Under the pieces are notes generated by a model. The model had not been told where the DNA came from, did no database searches, and was given only the letters and a program-made list of their open reading frames with translations. Of a stretch of 37,999 bases of DNA, positions 11,302 to 23,319 are shown piece by piece. Location: positions 99,759,011 through 99,797,009 of the forward strand of contig NC_068983.1 in the NCBI RefSeq assembly GCF_001194135.2, read 5' to 3'. The DNA comes from Octopus bimaculoides. Taxonomy: Eukaryota. Made by a program: the position numbers and the translations under genes. Each line of letters opens with the position of its first letter. Position 1 is the stretch's first letter.

Positions 11302-11794
11302 CTGAAAAAATCCAAGCAGTAATTAAAAGAATTATGAAATGTCAAACAAGTTCAATTTTCTCCTTGGATAAAATGCTAGATATTATGGAAAACTTTTCCC
11401 AGAAAGTTATACATCTAGTTCCTAGTTCATTAAGATGAGACTAAAAGAATTAAATATATCTTCAAAAGACATTACAACACATTTGGCTTCATACTTATAG
11501 TCCAATACCTCATTAATTTGGCATTATTACCACTCACAGCTAGCAATATATCAAGTGAAACTAGCAAGAAATCAAGTAAAAACTTTGTATCTACAATATA
11601 GAAGAAAATGGAATATTATATACAGTAGGTAACATATAATTGTAAATGCCTGTCAATAATATCTGATGAATTCTTTAGTTAGCTAATACATTAAAACTAG
11701 TAACTAAAATTACTGTATTTATTTGTGTACTAGGTGGATCCGTGAAAAATTCACGGAAAACATAAAAAATGTAAGCATCTGTAAACAGTGTACT

Positions 11795-11938
11795 CTTGCC
11801 ATGAGAAATGTTTGTATATTATGACCGCCTGTCTTTGTTCTGAGTTCAAATTCTGCCGAGATTGACCTTGCCTTTTGTCCTTTTGGGGTCGATATAATCA
11901 ACTGGGCCCCCTCTCTACAAAAAATTCAGGCCTAGAAT
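11795..11938 (+). mobile_element. Partial Meta-domain-like SINE
   Basis: gttctgagttcaaattctgccgagattgaccttgcctt..ggggtcgat. Confidence 0.7.
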
Positions 11939-12229
11939 TGTGACAGTTACAGAATATAGAAAGTAATGTAACACCAATGACTATATAATCCAACCAAAAT
12001 ATCTCAGTTACACAAACGTAAACGGAATTACTATTTAACCTTAAAATACATCATACATATTCAAAGAACCTCAGTGTACAAATTGAAATGCAAAAGAACG
12101 AAATAAATGGATTTACAAATGAAAGTTTGGTAATTGCCTTTATATCCATGCGACACATATTATTGCAAACATGTTTTAACTAACCTAAACTATACACACA
12201 CGCACACACAAATACATTCATATATATAT

Positions 12230-12355
12230 GTCTCGAGTTGTAGCTGTAATTCAAAGGGGCCAGCCTTGTCATATTCTGTGTGAAGCTGAATCTCCCTGAG
12301 AACTACGTTAATGTTATACATGTCTGTGGAGTACTCAGCCATTTGTGAGTTAATT
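12230..12355 (+). mobile_element. Fragment of the SINE family seen at 34854-35135
   Basis: ggccagccttgtcatattctgtgtgaagctgaatctccctgagaactacgttaa matches the reverse complement of 34960-35030. Confidence 0.75.
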
Positions 12356-12564
12356 TTATCCTCGTGTGGTAATGAAAAGTCAAATTGACATCCAATATTT
12401 GCTGTGTGTATGTATCTATGTACGAACTTTTCTTTGGATTTATGTATCTACTGTCTCTCTCACTTTCTCTTTCTCTTCCTTTGTGTTCCTCTTCTCTCCC
12501 GCTTTTGATTTAACAATGTGTATATGTATCTATGTATCTACTTCTCTTGCGATGTGATAAACAT

Positions 12565-12780
12565 TTAAAAACACAAAACGATTGCTGTCACACTCACTAT
12601 CTCTTTCTCTCTCTCTCACTCTCTTTCTTTCTCTCTGAAACATTTAAAAACACAAAATGAATGCCGTCACCACTCACTGTCTCTTTCACTCTCTCTCTCT
12701 TTCTCTCTCACTCTCTCTTACTTCCCCTCTGTCATCCTCTCTCTTGCTTTGCCACTTCTTTGAAGTAAGTGTGACACACA
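12565..12780. repeat. TC-rich low-complexity region with an ~80-bp imperfect direct repeat (acatttaaaaacacaaaa)
   Basis: Directly visible at 12561-12605 and 12640-12690. Confidence 0.7.
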
Positions 12781-14329
12781 CAACAGGTACATACAAAAAC
12801 AAAAAGTGTATTAACATTATTGATGATAATGTACATTCATATATAATACAACTAATTACAGGCAATGAAATCCCATGAAAAATTTCTAGTGCTTAATAAA
12901 CAGAGTTTTCTTTAGTATTGTTATGTACAAAAAGAAGAGTTTAATCTGATGTATTATAATTGCTGTATAAAATACATTGAACAAGTTAAAGTATAAAAAT
13001 GAAAATCGAAAGTGATCTTTGAACTTTACCAGTGTAAGCCATAAAAGCGACCAGCTGTCCTTTCATCATTGTGAAAATCATATGATATTTTTGCAAAATA
13101 ATCAAATTTAATTGATAATGATAGTGCACTTAAATAATTCTATACTCAATTTTATTATTCAGTTTGTACAATGATGCACATATGGTTGTGATGTTAAAAG
13201 GAAACACAACATTTAGAATTTAAGTATAGATTTTTAAAACACCCTACCTAACTTTTGCAGAAAGTGGTTTTACTCAACAACCTTGAGGAAAACCCTCCTT
13301 ATGTTGTGAGAAGCAAAGATGTCACCAGTGGCACATTTTACAAAAGGTAACTTTTCAGATTTTCTTAAGTTTTTCATATATTTCATCAAATATCTTTTTA
13401 CAGAGCAAGGATAAAATACTTTTAGTGATGAAAACTGTACTTATAGGAAATACTGAAAAAGTATTGCAGGAGTAGAAAATACAATTTTTTTTTTCTCTTT
13501 TGGTGGATAATTAACTTCATTATGAGAATAATCAAAAAAATTTAATTATGTTGTCAAAAGGTTAAAATTTTTTTTTTTCCATTACAAAATATTTTAGGTT
13601 AATTCATCCAATGCTTAATGTGATTTTGTGGAAAATGAATTATGTTAATGTCATAGGTAAATAGTTTCTATTTATTGTACAAATTTCTGCAGAGATGAAA
13701 GTAACCAATCAGTTTCATTGATGATATTTCATTTTAGGTGCATAAAATAGCCAATGAAGCTGAAATTGCCATTGACAATGAAAAGAATCACAATAGGTCA
13801 AAAAAATAAAACTGAATGGAAATGATTTTTTTTCTTAACTGTTTACATATTTGATAAATGGTTGAATGCGCAACACCAAATTTTCTGTAACAATCATGAA
13901 AGAGATCATTAATAATGAATATCTGACTCAAAGGAATTACTTTCTACGAGATATTCACTAGATAACTCATGATATCGATTTTACAATCGAGTTTCTTGCA
14001 GTCATTGGATTAATTCACAATTCAGTGATGTGCTGTAATCAGTAATAGATTTCTACATTCATGATAAATGTTCAGTTGGAAAAGCTTGGCAATGGTATTA
14101 AAACATTGGGTAAAATTCTGTCTTCTCTGTGTCTCCTAGCTGACTGTCTTGCCTTATTGAATTGATTTGCTGGTGAAAGGCAATTAACTACAAACAGTGA
14201 TGAGGATTTAACATTACTATCTACTGTAATAATTTTTTTGAAGAGGGGGTGGGCAAAAATCATTTTGTTTAGTTTTTGGATTTGACCAAAAAAAGAAAAA
14301 AATCCCCCTTAAATTGTTCACAATTTGGC

Positions 14330-15117
14330 AGAAAATCATAGGGGAGGGGCTGAGTGTGAGAGTTGCAGTAGAGGGGCGTAGGCCACGCTGCTTTAAATGT
14401 GGTGAAAAGGGTTACGTCCACTCTGAATGCAAGCCTAAAGGAAAAAAAGTGAAGCCCCTTCCCAAAAAGAACCGCTAGAGACAGGAGAAAAAGAGAAACA
14501 AGAACTGAAAGGACAAGAAAAGACACAAGAAGGGACACGAGAAGGGACACAAGAAAAAACGCAAGAAAAAACATAAGGAAAGACACAAGAAGAAACAAAA
14601 GATACAACTCAAATCTTAGAGGAAGAAATGGAATTTACAGTGGTTAAATCCCAAAAGAGAAAAAAGGCTCAAACCCCAGACTCCCTTCCCCATACAAAGA
14701 AAACAAATAAGCCAATGACAGACATACATGAAAAAACTACCCTCACCATCTCCTTTGTAAAACCCATAACCCATTACAAAACCCTACCCCAAGATGGAAA
14801 AAAAATTCTGTCCTTTAATGAAAAAAATGAGGTACTATCAAGAGTGATTAGAGCTCATTACAAAGCTCAGGTTTATAAAGACAATAAGGACATGCCGCCT
14901 CACATTTGAATTGCGAGGATGGATGTTGGATTATTCAATGAACTAAAAGGAAGGTATCCTGATGACTTAAAAGATGTAAGTGAAGAGAAGGCCAGTAGAA
15001 CCTTTATGGTCAGTCCAGTGGCTACATTGCAAAAGAAAAAGGATGGGGAGGAAGCTGAATTCTTGCAAGTGATTTGCAAGACAGAAAAGAACAAGAAAAG
15101 AGAAAAGCCTTCATGAC
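14330..15117 (+). mobile_element. L1/Tx1-like LINE ORF1 remnant: degenerate zinc knuckle plus K/E-rich region
   Basis: GLSVRVAVEGRRPRCFKCGEKGYVHSEC (CX2CX4[H>Y]X4C, 14389-14430), then EKTQE repeats and ORFs 14628-14909 and 14919-15116 broken by stops and a frameshift. Confidence 0.6.
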
Positions 15118-15123
15118 TAAATA

Positions 15124-15124
15124 T

Positions 15125-15170
<46 letters not shown>
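15124..15170. repeat. (TG)n(GA)n compound microsatellite
   Basis: Directly visible. Confidence 0.98.
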
Positions 15171-15171
<1 letters not shown>

Positions 15172-15649
15172 AAAGACAGACAGAGTATTAGAGAGTGGGA
15201 AATGTCTTTATGCCGGGTACTGAGAGATTTAACTGTGATAGATGGACAAGTACATGTGTCTTATTACAGAAGAGATAAATGGCTATCCAACATTATAATG
15301 GTGAATAGTAGTAATTGGGAAGAAGATGAAGAAGATGGTAGTGATGGTGTAGTAATTTAAACTCAGTGTTATACATAAGTTAGCTGGGATAATAGTGATA
15401 ACTTACATTCAAACATCTACTCCAAATATGTACATGCATTTGGGACTGAGAAAAATGTGTAGCATTTAGTTCTCATGTATAATGCATGCTCCTAAAATTT
15501 AAGCTTAACGCTTGGGAAAAAAGTGGCAAATAACTATGGTAACTACAATTCAAAGTTGTAAGTGAACACTCAGTAGAAATAACTTTCTTAACCAAATATC
15601 AGAAACTACTTTAGAACCTAAACAATAAGAAAACAATTGCTAAACTTAC

Positions 15650-15771
15650 CTTATTTCTTGGAGGGACATTGCTCCAAGCATTTTTTGACCTTCTTCCATA
15701 TCCATATCTTCATGCATCATTTGAAGCACACAGTATTTAGTATTAGCATAATGACTATCATAGCAGATTGC
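15650..15771 (-). CDS. DUS2: DUS2 exon: AICYDSHYANTKYCVLQMMHEDMDMEEGQKMLGAMSLQEI(S)
   Basis: Acceptor ttttatcacctag, donor gtaagt, 122 nt; resembles AVQYDNHYTNTKYCLCQM. Confidence 0.95.
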
Positions 15772-15897
15772 CTAGGTGATAAAAGAATGGTTTATAAGAG
15801 CAATACAGACAAGGAAGAGTGACAGTGGGGTCAAGCAGGTAGGATACTGAAAAGGATGTGTGTAAATTGGACCCTTGACACAGCCATTAAGTTGCCA

Positions 15898-16122
15898 TTA
15901 ATCCTTTAGCAATTTAATCAGCCATATCAGGCCCAACTATTCTACCTGTTTTATGTTCAATAACAGATCTGGCTTTGCACACCTATCCTACAATGTCATT
16001 CTAAAAATAAACAATCACATCATCAAAAATTCAAAGGTCTAGTGTAATGCATGATTAATTCAAAACAATTTGATTATATAAGCATTACATTTGACAGAAT
16101 AATCTGAATGCTAAAGGGTTAA
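15898..16122. mobile_element. Solo TTAA-flanked piggyBac-type MITE (same family as 8704-8923)
   Basis: ttaatcctttagca...gaatgctaaagggttaa termini; internal similarity to 8704-8923. Confidence 0.8.
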
Positions 16123-16514
16123 GCAAAGCATATTTCTTTTTGTTCTTTGGTTTTCCTAAAATCAAAACGAAGTGTGTTTTCTGTTCTTTGGTTTCCTAAA
16201 CTAAATGCTAAAGAGAGATAGACTATCTTTCAGTCTTTTCATTGATCATTCACAGAAAGAATAGGAGTATCAACAAGTGGTAAGATGAGAAATGTTTTGA
16301 CTGATGTAGGGAGAGTTTTCTAGATGAAAATAGTATAGGCATGTCTTTAAAACGTAGTAGATTTTGAGGTATGGTATGTTCTGTAAGCTTGTCGCTATAT
16401 ATAAATTGTATATGATGACAGGTATTGCTGTTTAATGTGCATCTAAAGCTACATCAGTTTATGTAGGTGTATATTGCCTGTAGTTATATTTTATGTAAAT
16501 ATATACAAACACAA

Positions 16515-16710
16515 GTACAAGCATGGCTATGTGGTCAAGAAGTTTGCATTGCAATCACATGATTTTGAGTTCAATCCCTAGTATGGCACATTGATTGGGC
16601 AAATGCCTTCTATTATAGCACCAGATCAACCAATGCCTTGTGAGAGGAAATTGTAGATGGAAACTGTGTGGAAGTCTGTCGTGTGTGTGTTTGTGTGTGT
16701 GTGTGTATGC
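16515..16710 (+). mobile_element. tRNA/CORE-like SINE head ending in (TG)n
   Basis: catggctatgtggtcaagaagtttgc..gagttcaatccc..gggcaaatg..ccttgtgag..gtagatggaaactg. Confidence 0.8.
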
Positions 16711-16859
16711 AGCCACTCCTTTTAACTCTCTTTACATATATCACATTTCCACACTCTTAAAACATACACACAGTAAACAACATCATAGTTATCTCCCCAC
16801 ATAATTTTCAACTCCACTTACATCAAAATTTATCATTTTTTTTTTTTTTGTTTTTGAGT

Positions 16860-17035
16860 ACCAACACCAAAGGACATCAAAAACCAAGCAATAATCACAC
16901 TGAAAAACACAAGTATACCAATACACTGAAGACAAAAGTAATAGGAGTTATGTACAACACTCCTTTAATATTCACAGCATATATAGAGGACACTGTGAAA
17001 AAAGCAAAACAATGCATAAACACTGCAAGAATATT
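16860..17035 (+). mobile_element. LINE RT C-terminal fragment (I/Jockey/CR1-like)
   Basis: KVIGVMYNTPLIFTAYIEDTVKKAKQCIN resembles LGV.FD..L.F..HI..I..KA. Confidence 0.45.
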
Positions 17036-17039
17036 CATA

Positions 17040-17335
17040 GGCGAGCGAGATCGTTGCCAGTGCCCCTGGACTGGCTCTTGTGCGGGTGGTACATAAAATA
17101 CACCATTTTGAGCGTGGCCGTTGCCAGTACCGCCTGACTGGCCTTCGTGCGGGTGACACGTAAAAGCACCCACTACACTCTCTGAGTGGTTGGTGTTAGG
17201 AAGGGCATCCAGCTGTAGAAACTCTGCCAAATCAGATTGGAGCTTGGTGTAGCCAACTGGTTTCACCAGTCCTCAGTCAAATCGTCCAACCCATGCTAGC
17301 ATGGAAAGCGGACGTTAAACGATGATGATGATGAA
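17040..17335 (+). mobile_element. Young RTE 3'UTR end with (GAT)n tail
   Basis: Near-identical to the reverse complement of 6564-6850. Confidence 0.93.
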
Positions 17336-17730
17336 GATTTGATTGATAGAAAGAAACATTTGTGCATAAATAATATGTTGTATCCACCATAGATTATGCC
17401 AATAATGTCTGGGCCAGATTTCTACAAAACAAATCACAAGAAGAAAAATTACAAAATCACGTACTTTGCATCATCACAGATATCATACAAACGATCTGGA
17501 CATGTGGGGACCAGTTGGTTGCAGTAGTAAGTACTAATACACACACACACACACATATCCAGTTCTTGCTTCTTCATATGAATTAAGCTATAAAACATGT
17601 AGATACATCTACAATACTTCATCCCAAAAATACCTACTCTGTCCAGATATAAAAACACATACATAAAAATAACATCATTAGTCTCCACACATTATGCTCA
17701 CCACCAAATGCAAATAGATAGCAACTGTCA

Positions 17731-18410
17731 TATGAGGGTGTTCCCAAAAGAAAACCAGAATTTTGCAATATTATTTTATTAATGTTTACACTTTTATTGC
17801 CTTCTAAGAATTCTCCATTTGAAGCAATGTAGATGCTAGAACTCTTGCAAAGTGATGCCTTTTAATACCTCTGTTGTTTTTTCCTTCACCTCTTCCACAT
17901 CTGAAATTCCATAGCACCAGCTTCCATCACTAGTGATAACCTTCAAAAATGGTCCAGATCAACTTCCAACTGTTCTTTCAGTTCATGACATGCATTCAGT
18001 CATGACTATTTCTGTGAGCAAGTGAAGCATAAATTTTACTGCAACTCTTTTCATTCACAATTCTCTGCTCAAAATTCATTGGCAGGAGCTCCAGGACACC
18101 AGTCATATCAACAAGTTCATCAATTGTTCAGTAACGGTCCTCCAAGATCAGTTCATGAATTTTCATGATGCTTTCATTCATTTGGGAAGTGACCATTCCT
18201 AAAGTATGAAAATCGCTCATAAACTTGTGTTTTGCTCATGGCTACGTCTTTGTAAGCTGTTTGAAAGCATGACAACTGTTTCAGCCTTCATTTTCCCTAG
18301 CAGAAAACAGAATTTCATGGAAGCCTGCTGTTCCTTCATTTTAGCCATTGCAAAAATCGACAAACAGGATAGAAGCACAGGTTTGTTTGATCAGAACTGG
18401 CCATAACAAA
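17731..18410 (-). mobile_element. Decayed mariner-like DNA transposon
   Basis: TATGAGGG terminus; minus-strand MAKMKEQQASMKFCFLLGK..AETVVML...AMSKTQVYE.F..F.NG resembles the mariner N-terminal HTH. Confidence 0.75.
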
Positions 18411-18487
18411 TATAGCTTCTTTTCAATCAGCAAATGTTTTAAAGATCAATAGTAGTATAAAAGAATAAGTAAGATAAATTGTCTTAC

Positions 18488-18976
<489 letters not shown>

Positions 18977-19549
18977 AATATTAAAATATAAACTATGTCT
19001 CAATATGTTAAATTTGCAACGTCAGACTAAAATTATAAAACTCTATCCAAAAGGATGTAGCAATTTTTGTCAGAGAAGTATAGTGGAAGAATGTTGAGAT
19101 AATTTTCTATTGACCATATGGTCAAGCATTTGAAGAATGTTACATAATTATATTGTGGCTCTAAACAATGTATATATTCATCATCTTGTTTCAGTCTTAA
19201 TAGCTGAATTTATGTACAGCTTCATGATGATGTGGTTAGCATTAGGAAGAAATGATATTCTTCCTAATTACTTCTTTTAATGAGTTACATACAAAACCCA
19301 TCCTTTCCATTCTACTATGAAAAACTGAATGCAAATCACAAGGAAAAATATACCACATTTTATAGTCTTTGCTAAACACTGACAACATGTAATGTTGTCT
19401 CACAAACTTCCTATATTTGTCAAGATACCAAGAAAGGTAAAAATATTACTTTTGGAATGCCACAAAAATTTGTTTTGAAGACATTAAAATATATGCATGC
19501 ATGAATANNNNNNNNNNNNNNNNNNNNNNNNNNNNNNNNNNNNNNNNNG

Positions 19550-19812
19550 GGGGGAAAGAGGGGGCGGGGGGAGAGAGGAGGAAATAGAAAAAGTAAGAGG
19601 AGAAATGAATATTTATTGAGAGAGGACATATGATGAATAGATAGATAAAAAGATAGAGAATGAACTTGTTAAAAGATAAAAAAGACAGAATGAACTTGTT
19701 AAAAGATAAAGAGAAAAGCCAACAAAGATAGAGAGGAAGAGAAAGAGGATGTGTGCATGTGAAAGAGAGAGAGAGAGAGAAGAGAGAGAAAGAAAAAGAA
19801 AAAAGAAAAATA
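19550..19812. repeat. GA-rich low complexity with a 28-bp tandem duplication (agaatgaacttgttaaaagataaa)
   Basis: Directly visible; lies just 3' of the DUS2 donor at 19838. Confidence 0.85.
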
Positions 19813-19837
19813 TTTATATATAAATCAATATGACTCA

Positions 19838-19999
<162 letters not shown>

Positions 20000-20206
20000 T
20001 TAGACAAAAGGAAAAAAAAATCAACCAAAACCATTGTGAAATAGTTAAAAGTATTTTGAACAATAATTAATAAGTCCAAAATGGAGATGAATACCAATGC
20101 TCCATGTAGAAGGCTTAACAATTGCTCAGAGATTTCTCTTAGCATGAAACCAATGGTAGCCTTATCAACCTACAAATAAAGTACACACACACACACACAC
20201 ACACAC

Positions 20207-20955
20207 GTATCAGGTTGGAATGAAAATTCACTCCAATTTTTTAACTGAAGATATTAAGCAGGATTTATTAAAGTACTATCTGTTTATATTGCTTTGTAAT
20301 ACCTTCATATGTGTATTATTTTCCTTTGAGGTTATACAAATTTATTGTCACAATAGCTTGCCACCCAATCCTACGTCTGAGTCAACTAGAGAGCATATTA
20401 GATATGTTTTGCTTTAGGAGTTTCATAAAAGTGCTAATGCCAGTGCAGCAGCAAAATCCATTCCGAATACTTATGGTCTTAATGTTTTAAATGAAAGAAC
20501 ATGCACAAAGTAGATTTCTCACTTCAGAAATGGTGATTTTAGCCTATAGAACAGGTCAAGGAGTGGACAGCCAAAATGATTTGATCCATAGGGACTTGAT
20601 GAGACTGTTAGAGCTAATTCTTTCATCATGACCATGAAAATTGTTGAACATTTTAATATTAAACATTCAACTGTTGCTTGTAAATAGAAAAGGATTGGAA
20701 AAGTGTCACTGACTGGAAAGTTGGTACTGCACAATCTGTCTGAAGGTAATCACCAACAACATGTCAATTGTTTTTGCTTATACAACAGCTTCAAAATCCA
20801 TTTTTAAACAGAGTTGCTACTGGTGATGAGAAAAACGTTGTCAGATCAGTCATGGGGACCAATAAGTTCAAAAGTCAAGGGGAGGCCTTCATTCCCAAAG
20901 ATCATATTGAGTATATGGTGGGATATCCAAAGAATCATTCATTATAAATTGTTGG
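20207..20955 (+). mobile_element. Decayed mariner transposase (Mos1/Hsmar-like), 3'-truncated
   Basis: TA|TCAGGTTGG start; REHIRYVLL, FRNGDFSL..RSGQP, GKLVLHNLSE (WVPHEL), RVATGDEK, IILSIWWD..IIHYKLL. Confidence 0.88.
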
Positions 20956-21213
20956 AGAATAGAAATTATTTCTTTATCTTTTCTTTCCTCTCCTTCTTCC
21001 CGTCCTCTCTGAAATTTCACAGAAACCTTTGCTACTCGGCAGTTTTCCTAAAGTTATTTTCCCTGAATTATTGTTAGCTCAATCTCTATTAGTTTTGCAA
21101 TAAATAATGGGAGCACTTTAATCAAGATAAATTAAGTAAATGAATTAGTAATACTAGAAGTTTTTTGAACCATGTCACTTCTAATGTACTAAACAATATA
21201 ATACAGTAAATTT

Positions 21214-21417
21214 AGGGCAGCGAGCTGGCAGAATTATTAGTGGTATTTCAACTGCTGTTATGTTCTGAGTTCAAATTCTGCTGAGGTTGACTTTGCCTTT
21301 TGGGGTTGATTAAATAAGTACCAGTTACACACTGGGATCAATGTAATTGACTTAATCCCTTTGTCTGTCCTTGTTTGTCCCCTCTACATTTAGCCCCCTG
21401 TGAGCAATAAAGAAATA
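21214..21417 (+). mobile_element. Meta-domain-like SINE with 13-bp target-site duplication
   Basis: AATATAATACAGT at 21195-21207 and 21418-21430; ggcagcgagctggcagaa head; gactttgcc..ggggttgattaaataagtaccag. Confidence 0.88.
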
Positions 21418-22419
21418 AATATAATACAGTGAAAAAGTTTTTTAAGAGCAATGTCAGTAGCTATCTTAGAACATGTTTTGATAGGGTCAATCTACCCACA
21501 TACAAGCATGTTTTTGCCTGTAATAATCTTTATGGGTGAGGCCACTAAGTTTAATGACATCTTTAGAATTGAAAGACCTATAAATATTTTTTGATTTACA
21601 ACTTTATTCTGCTATCCACCCTCATGATTGAGGGTAACCCTGATTAGAAATTTCACTTGTTGATGATCTGTTAGTTAATCAATATGTCATTGCTCACTTG
21701 TTGATTTGGTAAGCCTGATGAGTTGAGAGTTGCATAACATATTACATAATCTTATGGATGTTGTGTATACTGCACATCTGACTGCACCTTGTTACTGCCA
21801 CACTAAATACTCTTAATGAAACAATTGTAAGAGTACCAGATAACCCATTTACCTGCTTGCATTTGGTTTTATGGCATGCTTATGGTTCCATTCACCACTT
21901 GATACTATTGGAGTTGTGGATTACCAAACAATAGGAAACTTCTCTTCATCAACACACTCAGTGCCATGATAATGGATTATATAACTGTCTGACTTGCATC
22001 ATTCTGTCTAGCTAATTATTGTAGCTTGCTTCACTTTGATATGCATCAATTCTTTATGGACCCCATATAATCAATCAATCAAACAAACAAACGGACAGGC
22101 AAACAAATATGCATAGGCCTCCTCTCCTAGCCAGTGAGGTGGCATCATTCAAAAACTAAAACGATGCAAAGTGCATTGTGACAAACAATATATAACAGCA
22201 TCCATACATACACACACACACATATATNNNNNNNNNNNNNNNNNNNNNNNNNNNNNNNNNNNNNNNNNNNNNNNNNNNNNNNNNNNNNNNNNNNNNNNNN
22301 NNNNNNNNNNNNNNNNNNNNNNNNNNNNNNNNNNNNNNNNNNNNNNNNNNNNNNNNNNNNNNNNNNNNNNNNNNNNNNNNNNNNNNNNNNNNNNNNNNNN
22401 NNNNNNNNNNNNNNNNNNN

Positions 22420-22683
22420 ATATATAAAGTAGTTATATACTGCCAACTTAACGTGACAGTCCCAATAAGGGAATATACTACTGCTGTTTAGCCCTAGGAA
22501 GCTGGACCACTTCCTATTAGGCCTTGACACATTTCCTGTGCCCTTATCCTTACGAGGGGGAGACAAACTCCTCCACCCAGCCTAGCCTGGATTCAGGGAC
22601 ATGTTTCTGAGTCTTTGCTCGTCATCAGCCTGAAGTAGCACGACTGGCTAGATGAAGAAGTCTGTTTCACTCTCGTAAGGATA
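22420..22683 (-). mobile_element. Small structured ribozyme-bearing element (retrozyme/Penelope-like, non-autonomous) between (TA)n tracts
   Basis: GC-richer than its flanks; 24-bp inverted repeat 22545-22568/22660-22683; several further hairpins; contains the hammerhead. Confidence 0.55.
22592..22634 (-). ncRNA. Type I hammerhead ribozyme (near-canonical)
   Basis: Minus strand UUCAGG-CUGAUGA-CGAG-CAAAGA-CUCA-GAAA-CAUG-UC-CCUGAA: 6-bp helix I, intact CUGAUGA/GAAA core, GUC site, one C.A mismatch at the base of helix II. Confidence 0.8.
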
Positions 22684-23319
22684 TATATATATATATAATT
22701 CTCAGAATCATAATTTTTTACTCTACTGTTTTAATTTAATTAACCATAACCACGTTCTCAAAGTTGGTATATTCGATGCAGAAAACATTTTCTGCAGTTT
22801 TTGTAATTAACGGTCACAACATTCATGATGATTTGGATAAATACAGTTTCTTTTGACTGATGATAACTATTTAAATAGTGAGAATAGTTTGACTATCCAA
22901 GGGAGTAAGACGTTGAGATCTTGTCTGTGTTAATTTAAATCCTATCAGTGATAATACACTGTAGACAAGAGAGGTCACTAGATATCTCTTGCCTACTTCA
23001 GCAGGTAACAAAGTAGATTAAGCTAAAAATAATGATATAATGTGAAAGCTTTTTGCTATAAAATGACAAAAAAATTTGATGACTTATACTTCCAACAGCA
23101 AGTTCATTTTCACATATACACAACAGAAACTAATTTAAGCAGTGACCTAAATATTTCCATTGACATTAATAGAAGCAATTTATTGTGACATCAGTTCTCA
23201 ATTATTATGTTTCAAGTCTCAAAATCTTATTGCTCTAATAAATGCTTTGGTGAAATTAGTTGTAAATTGCCTTTTTTAAGTCACAAAAAAAAAAACAAAC
23301 AAACAGAAAACAGCCTTTA

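Noticed and set aside
13040-13075. C-box-like ATGATGA on the sense strand (possible intronic snoRNA)
   Set aside because: No D box (CTGA) or terminal stem at a suitable distance
14269-14607. 112-aa hydrophobic ORF resembling a membrane protein
   Set aside because: Reverse complement of the A/G-rich K/E repeats of the ORF1 remnant
16895-17266. Recurrent ORFs such as LAEFLQLDALPNANHSESVVGAF (also at 6621, 25654, 32149, 33744-34245)
   Set aside because: Antisense readings of the RTE 3'UTR, repeated because the element is repeated; not a gene family
21435-22075. Stretch of moderately complex sequence that may be a decayed retroelement
   Set aside because: No recognisable motif in any frame and no termini; cannot be supported without a database search
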